The notes below the pieces were generated by a model. It was not told the origin of the DNA, did no database searches, and worked only from the letters and a program-made list of their open reading frames with translations. A program made the position numbers and the translations under genes. Positions 1-10,276 of a stretch of DNA of 64,000 nt are shown here, piece after piece (position 1 is the first letter of the stretch; the number at the start of each line of letters is the position of its first letter). The stretch comes from Methanotrichaceae archaeon (GTDB lineage Archaea > Halobacteriota > Methanosarcinia > Methanotrichales > Methanotrichaceae): contig CAVWIG010000014.1 in the NCBI GenBank assembly GCA_963754945.1, forward strand, positions 1 through 64,000, read 5' to 3'.

Positions 1-262
1 ATGTAACAACTGTCGCAAGAGCTGGAGTAAAATTCATGATGAATTCGGTCGTTTACAACCTGGAACAGTTGAAATATTTAGTGCATAAACAAACAGCCTA
101 GCGGAAGCTCTCTAAAAAAGCGCAAAAATTAGAAACAACAAGGTAAATTGAAATCTAATAAGCCAATTTAGGGGTGAAATATGCTAAAAAACCACTATAA
201 AGATTGAAAATATTAACGCAAGAATTTAAGGCTTCATTAACCAACACTAAATCGAAACCCTC
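1..262 (+). mobile_element. Right end of an IS5-family element (transposase C-terminus, stop at 101, terminal IR ...TCGAAACCCTC)
   Basis: Bases 1-262 match 44980-45241, the 3' end of the complete IS5 copy, with no difference found by eye. Confidence 0.93.
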
Positions 263-497
263 AAGGGAGACTTCGCCTGAACCTTGAACAGGACCTTAAG
301 TCTTGGCAAGACAAACCCGACGGTTCTATGTCTACCTGCAGTACTCCGACCTCTTCCGCTTGCATTACCTGCTCAGTCTTCCTGGCTGCGTTATACCAGG
401 ATTTGTGGCCATCTTGTGTCACCATTCGATTGTTGTTTAAAATTTCATATGAATTCATTCCGTCTATCATCATCCAAAGGATTCTTATACTAAAACA

Positions 498-518
498 ACT
501 GACTTGTAATCAGTCATT
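498..518. promoter_or_regulatory. Putative TetR operator (ACTGACTTGTAATCAGTCATT)
   Basis: TGACT-N7-AGTCA palindrome just upstream of the TetR gene; 18/21 identical to the site at 1222-1242. Confidence 0.7.
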
Positions 519-533
519 AAAAGGACATGGAAA

Positions 534-1184
534 ATGACAAGGATCGTAAAAGACCCAGAAGAGAGAAGAAAAGAACTGATCGATACGGCAGAGCAGCTGT
601 TCATAACTAACGGTTACGATCAGACTGCCGTGAGCGATATAGTTAAAGAGGTCAATTTATCTCAGGGTGCCTTTTACTACTACTTCGAGTCAAAAGAAGA
701 TGTTCTAGTGGCCATATTGGAAAAGAATGTGGCCGTTATGGAAATTGCCCTAAGACAGACTGCTGAACGAACTGATCTAGACGAAGCAGTGAAGCTTAAC
801 GCAATGTTCAACCAATTCATTAGCGCAACTGTATCCGGGAAAAAGATCCATAACTACATTCACCAAGAGATGAACGCTGCACTACAGAAGAAGCTAAAAA
901 AATTAAGGTTTTCTGCCAGGATTGCCCAAATCATAGCTGAGGTTATTTCAAAGGGTGTGGAAAAGGGCCGTTTTAATGTATCGCGCCCTCTGGAGACATC
1001 ATACCTTCTGATCATGCTGCTCGCATCAGCCTTTCGAGTGTTCAATCTCTTCGAGACCAGTGACGAAATGAAAGACACCGAGCAGGCTGGTAGACAACAC
1101 CACGAGAATGTACGCATATCGCTAGAAGATCTCTTAGGTAGAGCGCTCGGAGTAAGCGATTACAGATTCTTCCTCCAGATTTAG
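534..1184 (+). CDS. TetR/AcrR family transcriptional regulator
   Basis: N-terminal HTH: RRKELIDTAEQLF...GYDQTAVSDIVKEVNLSQGAFYYYFESKE. Confidence 0.95.
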   Translation: MTRIVKDPEERRKELIDTAEQLFITNGYDQTAVSDIVKEVNLSQGAFYYYFESKEDVLVAILEKNVAVMEIALRQTAERTDLDEAVKLNAMFNQFISATVSGKKIHNYIHQEMNAALQKKLKKLRFSARIAQIIAEVISKGVEKGRFNVSRPLETSYLLIMLLASAFRVFNLFETSDEMKDTEQAGRQHHENVRISLEDLLGRALGVSDYRFFLQI

Positions 1185-1221
1185 ATTGCCCAACGTGAAC
1201 AAAGGGACTTTACATGATATT

Positions 1222-1242
1222 ACTGACTTATACTAAGTCATT
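1222..1242. promoter_or_regulatory. Putative TetR operator (ACTGACTTATACTAAGTCATT)
   Basis: Perfect TGACTTA-tac-TAAGTCA palindrome upstream of the ABC exporter genes. Confidence 0.72.
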
Positions 1243-1260
1243 TATTGTGAAATACAGAAG

Positions 1261-2316
1261 GTGAATTTCATTACAAGTGCGGTAGATCAGATGAATATGT
1301 CGCAGTCGATTACGGCTACAGATAATTCAGCAATCTCCTTGCGCGGCCTGACCAAGAGATTTGGCGATCTCGTCGCCGTTGACAGCGTAGACCTGGAGAT
1401 CGCTAAGGGTGAGCTTTTCGGCCTCCTGGGGCCAAATGGAGCGGGCAAGACTACTCTCATAAAGATGCTCACAACCATGCTCAGGCCCACAGATGGAGAA
1501 GCCCGAGTCTGGGGTCACAACGTGGCTAAAGAGAGAAACGAAGTCAGATCATCTATAGGCGTGGTCTTCCAGGACCCGAGCATTGACAACATGCTGACCG
1601 GCAGGGAGAACCTGGACTTTCACGGAAGAATGTATGGGATGGACGGATCGCTTCGCAAGAAGAGGACCGATGAGGTCCTTGAGCTGGTCGACCTGACCGA
1701 CAAGGCTGACATAAAAATGGAAGATTATTCGGGTGGCATGCAAAGGAGGCTAGAAATCGCCAGGGGCCTGATGCACCATCCGAAAGTTCTGTTCCTGGAC
1801 GAGCCGACTCTGGGGTTGGACGCCCAGACCAGGAGGTACATCTGGAAGTACGTCGAGGAGATGAACGCAACGGAAGGAGTGACCATCGTCCTTACGACCC
1901 ACTATATGGAAGAGGCGGACTATCTCTGCGACCGCGTCGCCATAGTGGACAATGGCAGGATCGTGGCGCTGGATACGCCCAAGAACCTGAAAGACCTCAT
2001 CGGAGCAGATACTATTACTCTCGAAGTCCAGAGCGGTGGCGATGCACTGCTGCAATCTCTTAAGTCCGTTGACTGGATCAAGTCCACGGCTACATCCAAT
2101 GGAACAATAGAGCTTAGGGTGGATCATGCCCAAGCCAGGATTCCGGAGGTCATGATTGAGGCCTACAAGAATAAAGCGCTTATAAAGTCCGTAGGGCTGC
2201 ACGAGCCAACCCTGGAAGATGTCTTCCTCAAGTTCACTGGCAAGAAGATAAGAGAGGCAGAAGGCGCGGGAAATCCAATGCGTGCCATGGCCATGATGAA
2301 CAGGAGGAAAGGATGA
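1261..2316 (+). CDS. ABC exporter ATP-binding subunit (DrrA-like)
   Basis: Walker A GPNGAGKT, signature YSGGM, Walker B LFLDEPT, C-terminal PTLEDVFL. The start may be ATG 1291. Confidence 0.95.
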   Translation: MNFITSAVDQMNMSQSITATDNSAISLRGLTKRFGDLVAVDSVDLEIAKGELFGLLGPNGAGKTTLIKMLTTMLRPTDGEARVWGHNVAKERNEVRSSIGVVFQDPSIDNMLTGRENLDFHGRMYGMDGSLRKKRTDEVLELVDLTDKADIKMEDYSGGMQRRLEIARGLMHHPKVLFLDEPTLGLDAQTRRYIWKYVEEMNATEGVTIVLTTHYMEEADYLCDRVAIVDNGRIVALDTPKNLKDLIGADTITLEVQSGGDALLQSLKSVDWIKSTATSNGTIELRVDHAQARIPEVMIEAYKNKALIKSVGLHEPTLEDVFLKFTGKKIREAEGAGNPMRAMAMMNRRKG

Positions 2317-3083
2317 AGCTCGATCTCTTCGCCATATACAGCATCTGGCTCCGGGAAATGCTGCGCTTCTTCAGGCTCAAGAGCAGGCTGATTGGATCGA
2401 TAGGTGCGCCCTTCTTCTTCCTGGCATTTCTGGGAATGGGCTTTGGGTCCAGCACAAGCATACCCGGAATTCCTCAGGGGATAGGCTATGTCAGCTTCCT
2501 GACTCCGGGGATAATTGGCATGACCCTGCTCTTCTCAGCAACATTCGCTGGGATCTCAGTACTCTGGGACCGGCAGTTCGGTTTCTTAAAAGAGATCATG
2601 GTGGCTCCTGTTAGCAGGATAGCTATAGTCCTAGGCAGAACTGCAGGAGGCGTCACTACTGGGATCCTACAGGCCATAATAATACTGCTATCAGGTATGG
2701 CCCTTGGCATGATAGTGCCGAGCCTGCAGGGTTTTATCCTGTCTCTGGTCTTCATGATTCTGATAGCAGCCACCTTCATAGGCATGGGGCTGGTCTTTGC
2801 CTCACAGATGGAGGATATGTCAGGCTTCAGCCTGATAATGAACTTCCTCATCTTCCCCCTGTTCTTCTTATCCGGGGCTCTCTTCCCGCTGGACAGATTT
2901 CCGTTGGTGATAAAGATACTCGCCTACCTCAATCCCCTGACCTATGGAGTCGACGGACTAAGGTACAGCCTGATAGGGGCGGGCACCTTTTCACTGCCTT
3001 TGGACTTTGTCGTGCTTGCAGCAAGCTGCGCCGTAATGCTCGGCTTGGGAGCCTACCTCTTTGATATCAGTGAGGTGAAATGA
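2313..3083 (+). CDS. ABC-2 type transporter permease (DrrB-like)
   Basis: About six TM segments, DRQFGFLKEIMVAP, FLSGALFP, NPLTYGVDGLR; ATGA overlap with the ATPase gene. Confidence 0.95.
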   Translation: MKLDLFAIYSIWLREMLRFFRLKSRLIGSIGAPFFFLAFLGMGFGSSTSIPGIPQGIGYVSFLTPGIIGMTLLFSATFAGISVLWDRQFGFLKEIMVAPVSRIAIVLGRTAGGVTTGILQAIIILLSGMALGMIVPSLQGFILSLVFMILIAATFIGMGLVFASQMEDMSGFSLIMNFLIFPLFFLSGALFPLDRFPLVIKILAYLNPLTYGVDGLRYSLIGAGTFSLPLDFVVLAASCAVMLGLGAYLFDISEVK

Positions 3084-3644
3084 GAGGAGAGTGATCAATA
3101 ACCTGGACAATGTCCCGGATAAGCTCAGTGGGCTAGCCATCGATACCCTAAATCCTCCACTATCATAAGCATCCCGGACTTGTCTCTGGCCAGGCCTATC
3201 TAGTGGACAGGGAGGTGGTCCACGTTTTCTGGACCGCGTTGGCGGTACTCCCGCCATCAGATCGTCCATGATTTGGGGTGTCTTAATGAATGAAGTTTCT
3301 GAATGAATGAGGTGTAACCTTGTGGTTCCTACCTTCGTCGGGTTGTAGACACCAGCTTCATTGGCTAAATTGGTCAATCTCCTCTGTACCGTGCGGAGCG
3401 ACAGATGACATCTTCGAAGTAGCGGAAACAGCCAGCCCGCATTCCTTGAGTATCTGACCGGAAATGCCGATCGAGCAGTATTTCGACAGAGAGCCGAGAG
3501 CTACGACAAAGATTATTGCGAGGCTTATCCGAGAATGTATATGAGCCAGAAACAAGGACTCAATTTTCATTGAACCGTTCGACTAATTCAACTACACTAA
3601 CTAAAAAAGACCACAAGAGCCAATCCACTTAGCCCCATGTATTC

Positions 3645-4985
3645 TTATTTCCCTATAGCCTGTAGAGGCTGTGGATAAGGTGATCCATCCCTCGTTGCCT
3701 CCAGGATTACAGGTGAACGAGGCTTCTGGTTGAAATCGAAAGCCTGCAACATATCGCCTGCCAGGGTATCGCGTGCCGTCAAGGGTTTAACTCCAAAACG
3801 CTCCTCCACGACCTTGAGCCAGGATTCGAATGAGTATGTATTGTGGTCAATATAGCCCTGTTTAGCGTAGGGGCTGATCACAATTGCTGGCACTCGAATT
3901 CCATAACCATACTCGTCAACCTTAGGCGGTGCTACGTGGTCGTAGAATCCGCCCCAATCATCCCAGCTCAAGAAAATGGCAGTTGCATCCCAATCGGGCC
4001 CTTGCATAATTGCGTTCACAAGTCCCGTCACGTAGGCCATCCCTTCCTTTACACCGGACGGTGGATGCTCGCTCACGTTGCTCGAGGGTATGACCCAGCT
4101 CACCTGGGGAAGGGTTCCATCCCTGGCATCCTTATAGAACTGGGAGGTGTCCACGAGCCTGCTGAACTGTGCGGAATCGTTCTTGACTTTGGAAAAGGCC
4201 GGAAGAGGATTCCAGAGGGTATACTTGTGAGGGTCCTGCTCCTGCATTGTCATAGTCCCTACAACTTCGGCATCTTCGGTATCCGGAGTCTTTCCTGAGG
4301 TAACGTAATACTTCCAGTCGATCTTGCCGCTTGTGAGAAGCTCTGTTATCTCCGGGAAGTTGTAAGTCGAGGGCATCTTTTGGCCTTTCCCGGTGTAGCC
4401 TCCGCTCTGGGCTGCGAGCATGTATAGGTGAGCTGGAAGGCTGTAGGAGGCTACGGACTCGAACATATGGTCCTGGAGGACATATTGCCTGGCGTAGTTC
4501 CAGTAGTTAGGAATCTCGTGGTAGTCGTGGTATCCCATGACGTCTCTGGGGTCCTTTCCGGGTGTGCACTGTAGTGAAGGGGGCTTACAGGATTCCTGGC
4601 CTTTTTCACTCTTGCCCTTGTAAGCTTCCTTTAAGAATCCGTCCATCTTCCCGTTGTCTATGTCTGCGTGGGCATTGTCCCAGCCGTGAGGCCCTCCCCG
4701 GTTCACGTCGCTTGTATCATGGTACGGCGCAACGCAGCCTCCGCTGACTGGATCTTGTAAGCAGACACCCGGCGGGATACCGTCAGCTCCCGGATAAGTG
4801 CCGAAGTAGCTATCAAAAGCCCTGTTCTCCTGCATGATGAAGACGAAATGCTCGATCTTCTCAAGGCCTGGCGGAATAGAGGGATCCGATGTTGTGCTTG
4901 ATGCTACAGAAGTGCCAATGCAGATTGTTACTACCAAGAACAAAGCAGTGAGAATAGTACGAGTAACAATTTTCATTTTGGTCAC
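3645..4985 (-). CDS. Secreted phosphoesterase / phospholipase C family protein
   Basis: Signal peptide; [47 protein letters not shown]. Confidence 0.93.
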   Translation of the reverse strand: MTKMKIVTRTILTALFLVVTICIGTSVASSTTSDPSIPPGLEKIEHFVFIMQENRAFDSYFGTYPGADGIPPGVCLQDPVSGGCVAPYHDTSDVNRGGPHGWDNAHADIDNGKMDGFLKEAYKGKSEKGQESCKPPSLQCTPGKDPRDVMGYHDYHEIPNYWNYARQYVLQDHMFESVASYSLPAHLYMLAAQSGGYTGKGQKMPSTYNFPEITELLTSGKIDWKYYVTSGKTPDTEDAEVVGTMTMQEQDPHKYTLWNPLPAFSKVKNDSAQFSRLVDTSQFYKDARDGTLPQVSWVIPSSNVSEHPPSGVKEGMAYVTGLVNAIMQGPDWDATAIFLSWDDWGGFYDHVAPPKVDEYGYGIRVPAIVISPYAKQGYIDHNTYSFESWLKVVEERFGVKPLTARDTLAGDMLQAFDFNQKPRSPVILEATRDGSPYPQPLQAIGK

Positions 4986-5132
4986 AGGTATAAATTGTAA
5001 GCAGTTCCTAAATCAATTTATTGGTTCAGGATCCGGCCTTAAAATCGATTCGACAGGTCGTGGCGATAAACTTATATTCTTTTCAGAGAGATATTCTAGG
5101 CGATAAGATCTATTACTAATTTCTATTTAGAG

Positions 5133-6482
5133 TTGGTTTGGTTGAAATCCAAGAACTCAAGATTCAGATTGTGCGGAATGCTGCTGGTGTTATTTTCGAC
5201 GGCTCTAATCCTGGCCGCCTGGGCAAGCGCCAGTACCATCTCACCCAAAGGCGCGCAGCACTTCAAGGACTCGCCATCGGTTAATTTGACGACCGCATAC
5301 GAAGCGCAAGCAAATGCGACCGGGCCTGTCATCGGCTACATGCCTGGTTCAACTGTCAAGCTCGAGCAGCTCATAGGAGACCGGGACTTGGAGCTGCATC
5401 AGCCGACTCTCAGCCAGACGGTAACCAGGTACGGTATTCAGGGAACAGACCTCGGCTATTCCTTCGAGCACGAGGGCCGAGCGTATTTCCTGTTCGGCGA
5501 CACCCTAGGAACTCTGGACAAGGCACTCGACACCATCGCAACGACGGACGCGACTGATCCTGATAAAGGCGTTAGATTGGATTTCCTCACCGCTGGCAGC
5601 AATTACCTCACAGTCCAGCCTCCGGGCATCAGCATGGGAGCCTTCGAAGTGCCCGTTTCTGGCATCAGCCTCGGCGGTCAGATGTACGTGGTGGTAACGA
5701 CGGACCACTCAACCGATAGGTCTACGGATAGAAGCGTTCTCACAAAGTTCACGCCTCCCTCGACCTTCCAGCCGCTTAGAACGATCTCTCAGCTTCCTGC
5801 TGGACGATTCATCAAGATGTCAATGCATTTAGAGCCAGGGCCTGAGTCGATTGCAGGCATGCCTCCAGGTGGACCTTTTGCAATCATCTGGGGAACAGGC
5901 GTATACCGCAAGAGCGATGCTTATCTGTCGATCGTTCCAGAAGCGAGATTCGAGAATGGAAAGGGAACCCTCTATTTTGCCGGGTTGGGTGCAACGAGTG
6001 CTCCAACCTGGAGTGAGAAAGAGTCAGACGCCGTGCCTATCGTCAAGAACGGCACTCTCGGCGATCTGTCTGTCACATGGTGCAAGGATCTCGGCCTTTG
6101 GCTGATGACCTACGACCGCCGGGCACCAACGGACGGCATCGCCTTCTCCTATTCTCGCACGCCCTGGGGACCTTGGAGCGAGCCTCAGGTCATTTTCAAT
6201 GACGTCCGTGATGGGGCCCTTGGAAAGTTCATCCACGATCCAGGCTTGAAACCCGACGATGGACTCGAAGGGCCTGTTATCGGTAAAGGCCATGCCGACC
6301 CCGCTGCAGTCAAGGGCGGGACCTACGCTCCTTATGTCGTGGAGCGCTGGACCAAGTTTCAAGGCTCAGAGCTGGACATGTACTACGTCCTGTCAACCTG
6401 GAACCCCTACGTCGTTGTCCTCATGAAGTCACGCCTGCAGGTCGAGTCTATACCTGCTCAGCCAGACTATCAATCTTTTTAA
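5133..6482 (+). CDS. Secreted DUF4185-domain protein (GH183-like beta-propeller glycosidase)
   Basis: Signal peptide; GTDLG...YFLFGDT, PWGPWS, YAPY, LSTWNPY motifs. Confidence 0.78.
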   Translation: MVWLKSKNSRFRLCGMLLVLFSTALILAAWASASTISPKGAQHFKDSPSVNLTTAYEAQANATGPVIGYMPGSTVKLEQLIGDRDLELHQPTLSQTVTRYGIQGTDLGYSFEHEGRAYFLFGDTLGTLDKALDTIATTDATDPDKGVRLDFLTAGSNYLTVQPPGISMGAFEVPVSGISLGGQMYVVVTTDHSTDRSTDRSVLTKFTPPSTFQPLRTISQLPAGRFIKMSMHLEPGPESIAGMPPGGPFAIIWGTGVYRKSDAYLSIVPEARFENGKGTLYFAGLGATSAPTWSEKESDAVPIVKNGTLGDLSVTWCKDLGLWLMTYDRRAPTDGIAFSYSRTPWGPWSEPQVIFNDVRDGALGKFIHDPGLKPDDGLEGPVIGKGHADPAAVKGGTYAPYVVERWTKFQGSELDMYYVLSTWNPYVVVLMKSRLQVESIPAQPDYQSF

Positions 6483-6499
6483 CAAACTATTTAGCTGAC

Positions 6500-7066
6500 A
6501 TGATCCCAAATAGTATTGAGATGACTTCCCAAATCCGAGAAGAACAAACCGGAGACCGGGATTCTAACAGGTCCGAAACAAAACCTGAGTCCAGGATCAA
6601 TTCCGAAACCGAAAATAGGTTGACGGAAAATACAATTGTAATAAGAAGGTTCAAGCCTAGCGATCTGGAAGGCGCTCTAGATCTGGATAGGGAGGTCTTC
6701 GGGGGCTATGATCCAACTATCTTCACCACATTTTACGAGTACCATCCCAGAACTACGCTAGTCGCAGAGTGCGGGGGTTCAGTGGTCGGTTTCGTTCTTG
6801 GTTTCAAGCACACTCCCCTGGAGGGCAGAGTCTTCTGGCTGGCCGTCCGACCAGGCTACCAGAGCCGGGGGGTGGGAAGGAAACTCTTAACCTCAATCCT
6901 GAGGACTTTCCGGTTCATGGGGGCAGTAAGTGCTACCCTGGAGGTCAGAATCAGCAATAAGAAAGCTCAGGCCCTCTACTCAGGCATGGGATTCGAGATG
7001 ATAACGATCTACCCAGGCTACTACACGGATGGAGAGCCAGCTATCATCATGAAAAGGCGACTCTAG
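6500..7066 (+). CDS. GNAT N-acetyltransferase (RimI/Ard1-like)
   Basis: LAVRPGYQSRGVGRKLL, LEVRISNKKAQALY, GYYTDGEPAIIM. Confidence 0.9.
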   Translation: MIPNSIEMTSQIREEQTGDRDSNRSETKPESRINSETENRLTENTIVIRRFKPSDLEGALDLDREVFGGYDPTIFTTFYEYHPRTTLVAECGGSVVGFVLGFKHTPLEGRVFWLAVRPGYQSRGVGRKLLTSILRTFRFMGAVSATLEVRISNKKAQALYSGMGFEMITIYPGYYTDGEPAIIMKRRL

Positions 7067-7095
7067 CTAATGGCCTCTGGCCATTAACACGACGG

Positions 7096-7767
7096 CTACT
7101 CGACTCCTCTGGAAGTTATTATGAAATCGGCGGTCTCTCCCTCTGGCTGAGACCTGTGCTTTGCAATTTTTGCCCGCCTTCTGCCTTCCCCGATCTTTTC
7201 CACTGACACGATGGCCTTACACATGTGCTCAAGATAGGTTCCTCCAAGGGGCCTAAGCTGGTTTGTCTCAATGTCGGTGTAGACCTGGTTGGTGATCACA
7301 ACAGGAATTCTGTGCCTTCGGGATATCTCCTGAAGCTCTCCTAGCTGCATAGAGAGCAATCTCCTGATAGGACGGTTATCATCCGACTCCAAGAGCACTC
7401 TGTAAAGGGAAGTGGCGGAGTCCAGAACGATCAGGCCGAGATCTTTCCCGGCAATTTTGCTTGCCTCTCTGATGGACGTGTGCTGCTGTTCAAGGCTCAA
7501 AGGCTCGAAGATCATTATCTTGGCGGCGATCTCCTTGGCTCCATCTCCGGCTATCTGCTTGAATCGGTCAGGGGAAAACCCTTCAGTATCAATGAAAACC
7601 ACTCTCAATCCTCTGGACACCGCCTGGACAGCCAGTTGGATTACTATGTTGGTCTTGCCTGTGCCAGCCTCTCCGTAGAGCTGGGTTACGATCCCAGACT
7701 CGAAGCCTCCGCCTAAGAGCCTGTCGAGGCCTTGACACCCTGAGGGCAGCCGATCAAGCAAGGTCAT
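7096..7767 (-). CDS. radB: DNA repair and recombination protein RadB
   Basis: RecA fold GEAGTGKT, IDTEGFSPDR, TNQVY, and the RadB-specific KHR motif; 223 aa. Confidence 0.95.
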   Translation of the reverse strand: MTLLDRLPSGCQGLDRLLGGGFESGIVTQLYGEAGTGKTNIVIQLAVQAVSRGLRVVFIDTEGFSPDRFKQIAGDGAKEIAAKIMIFEPLSLEQQHTSIREASKIAGKDLGLIVLDSATSLYRVLLESDDNRPIRRLLSMQLGELQEISRRHRIPVVITNQVYTDIETNQLRPLGGTYLEHMCKAIVSVEKIGEGRRRAKIAKHRSQPEGETADFIITSRGVE

Positions 7768-7833
7768 GGCAACCGCACATTGGCAGCAATTTCGGTGGTC
7801 ATATGCGGGAAATCGATTATGATACTTCGATGA

Positions 7834-8430
7834 TCATATGTGGCAATAGTTATCTATTCTGTCCATGAGTCGTTCCATTGCATCCTTCTCCCTGGGGCCG
7901 CCGCACCTTTCAACGATCCGCTTGATCTTCATGATCTCTTCGTAGTAGGAGTCTGTCCTTAGGGCCAAGTATCTGGTGGCTGCAACGGCTGCCTCAACTA
8001 CGAGGTTAGCACCCCGGTTGAATGCCCGGAAGTCCTTTCTTAACATCTCTCCTTTCACGGGCTCAACCTTGACAATGATTATATCTAGGGGAAAAGGCTT
8101 GCATTTGAAGAGAGCCCAGGCTTCCGTATCCTTCAAGATCGGCAGGCCGTCGCGACGGACAAAATAATCCTGAGTCAAATCTTCAAGGGCAGTTTCTGCG
8201 AAGATCCACGAATCATGGGTTATATTTGCGACGAACCATCCGTTTGCAAGGACATTGTCATACGTGTGAGTTCCCAAAAAAAGCTTGATGTAAAGCGATT
8301 CTCCGTCCCTTATTATCCCCAAGGGAGCGGCGTTGATGACTCCGTTCTTTTCCGTAGTGGCTATGACCTCGTTGATACCGTCGAGTATTCCCAAGCCTTC
8401 GAGGACCTCATTACCGCAAAGCATCATCAA
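7834..8430 (-). CDS. DUF447 family protein
   Basis: EVIATT...NAAPLGI...FNRGANLVVEAAVAATR; typical position next to citG. Confidence 0.85.
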   Translation of the reverse strand: MMMLCGNEVLEGLGILDGINEVIATTEKNGVINAAPLGIIRDGESLYIKLFLGTHTYDNVLANGWFVANITHDSWIFAETALEDLTQDYFVRRDGLPILKDTEAWALFKCKPFPLDIIIVKVEPVKGEMLRKDFRAFNRGANLVVEAAVAATRYLALRTDSYYEEIMKIKRIVERCGGPREKDAMERLMDRIDNYCHI

Positions 8431-9281
8431 AACCTCAATCCCCTCAGCAGGGAGATTAATAAAGATGCTCCAATCAGATCTGCTGTTGATCCTGGGTTCA
8501 CATCCTCGTCCAGGAGCTCTCTGTCCAGTTTCCTGGCCGATTCGAGGGTTTCATCCTCCAGAGCCAGCTTTGCCCTGAAGGACACTTCCTTTGCCAACTC
8601 TATACCGAACTTGGCCAGCACAAGGCTGTCCGGTTCCTCTGACAAAGCCTCAAGGTAGGTCCTGACAACACCTTCAGTCAGGCCGTAGCTTTTAACCTTC
8701 TCCGCTAGCCGATCGGCCATATGAAAGGACCTTTTATAGCCGCTGGACCACTCGCGGGCTATCAGGTCGTGATCTCGAGATAGGTTCATCAGATCCAGAA
8801 GTACCTTTCCCTGGCTTTGCAGCTTTTCATGCCAGTCAGGGTCCGTCAGGCTGAACAGGAGAACATTCACGACTCTGGCTTCTGCTAACTCGAAGGCAGA
8901 GTAAAAATCTAAAGCGTCTTCGACGCTGGTCTCCTTCAGGACCTCGGTCAACTCTTCCTCTAACCGTTCTATGTTTTCGACGCACCTTCCGGCTGCCACG
9001 CACAGAGGAATCATCAGGACGAGGGAACCGAAGTGGGTGTTTCCTGGGATGTTCCAGAATCGCCAGGATCTCACCGCATCGAGGAGAAGCTGGCCGATCC
9101 GGTCCTCTCCTTCAGCAGCATTTCTGAAGGCCGGGTACGCTGATACAGCGCTGACCAGGAACTGCTGGAATGTTAGGTCCATGAAGTCGTGACAGCGATC
9201 TACGTTTCCAGGCTTGGGGCTGGACGACAGCTCGATGAGCATTGCAGCCTCTGCACACTGTGCTATTTCGTCAGGGCTCAT
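8427..9281 (-). CDS. citG: Triphosphoribosyl-dephospho-CoA synthase (CitG family)
   Basis: PKPGNVDR, NTHFG, NPGSTADL motifs. Confidence 0.9.
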   Translation of the reverse strand: MSPDEIAQCAEAAMLIELSSSPKPGNVDRCHDFMDLTFQQFLVSAVSAYPAFRNAAEGEDRIGQLLLDAVRSWRFWNIPGNTHFGSLVLMIPLCVAAGRCVENIERLEEELTEVLKETSVEDALDFYSAFELAEARVVNVLLFSLTDPDWHEKLQSQGKVLLDLMNLSRDHDLIAREWSSGYKRSFHMADRLAEKVKSYGLTEGVVRTYLEALSEEPDSLVLAKFGIELAKEVSFRAKLALEDETLESARKLDRELLDEDVNPGSTADLIGASLLISLLRGLRF

Positions 9282-10276
9282 GTTTTGAGCAGCTGTTCAG
9301 CCAGCTTTCTTTTCAGGTTCATGTATTCCCTGTTGGAGAGCCCTGCCCGACGAAGTGCAGCCTCTCTGAGATAGCAGGGTTTGGAGGCCTTGCAGCACCA
9401 AACAAGGCTGCCGAAACATGTTCCTTCGCCGCTCTCCAGGGGGGTGCCTTCAGCAAGCTTAATCTTGCGGTCTACAAACTCTTCGGGAGCCATCCCTGCC
9501 CGACGCAAAGCCCCCAGGACTGGGCAATGTTTGACCGGCGGGCAACAGAAGGCTAGGCCCCGCAGGTCTCCTCCCGAGCAGATGTGCTTAGGCGCGTTGT
9601 ACCATCCTGAGAGATAGTCGTATTCCTTCATTGCTTTAGACAGCCAGTCAGCGAAGTCGGGATCGGGCCCTTGTAAGGAAACGAGGTCCGCGCCCATGGC
9701 CAGCAACGATTCGGCATCCTCAAAGTTCCCTATATCCCCCAGGGCCATAATCCTCGGTCCGTGCTGGTCCGAGATCTTCTTCACCATCTTTGGACCAGTT
9801 CCGTTCATCCCGCTTAGGTTCAGGTGGATGATATCCAATCCAGAATTCCTCAAGGTTGTGGCCAGATCATCGGTCAGCATCTCAGGAGATAACTTGGCTG
9901 ATAGGGTTGTTCCACACCTCTTGATCCTCTTTACCAGGTCCGATAGTCTTACTGCGTTCATTCCCGACAGGGCATCAAGCTCCATGAGGTACAGGTTTCG
10001 GGCAGCAAACCTCGCGGCTTCCATCAGAGGCTCGTCCTTCGAGCATTTCACAGAAAATCCGAGAGTTGATGCTGTTTTTATCTCACTTAGCGTGGCCTCA
10101 ACATCAAACAAAGGAACCTCGTCCAGGTCGATGTCATCGAGAATTAGCAATCCTGCGGAGCCGTTGAATCGATTTGAACCGTGAGGCTCATGAGAATCGT
10201 GATGACCATGAAAATCATCGTTTGAACATGTGATTGCGATTGGGTTATCCAGGTTTAGATATCCAACTTCAAGCAT
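9278..10276 (-). CDS. Methanogenesis marker 9 domain protein with N-terminal TIM-barrel-like region
   Basis: C-terminal HICSGGDLRGLAFCCPPVKHCP...TCFGSLVWCCKASKPCYLR. Confidence 0.88.
   Translation of the reverse strand: MLEVGYLNLDNPIAITCSNDDFHGHHDSHEPHGSNRFNGSAGLLILDDIDLDEVPLFDVEATLSEIKTASTLGFSVKCSKDEPLMEAARFAARNLYLMELDALSGMNAVRLSDLVKRIKRCGTTLSAKLSPEMLTDDLATTLRNSGLDIIHLNLSGMNGTGPKMVKKISDQHGPRIMALGDIGNFEDAESLLAMGADLVSLQGPDPDFADWLSKAMKEYDYLSGWYNAPKHICSGGDLRGLAFCCPPVKHCPVLGALRRAGMAPEEFVDRKIKLAEGTPLESGEGTCFGSLVWCCKASKPCYLREAALRRAGLSNREYMNLKRKLAEQLLKT

Noticed and set aside
261-473. 70-aa minus-strand ORF ending at the IS5 terminus
   Set aside because: No recognisable motif, and its stop overlaps the IS end; it cannot be supported as a gene.
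2991-3570. Two overlapping minus-strand ORFs downstream of the phosphoesterase, possibly a decayed secreted gene
   Set aside because: No identifiable family; the evidence is too weak.
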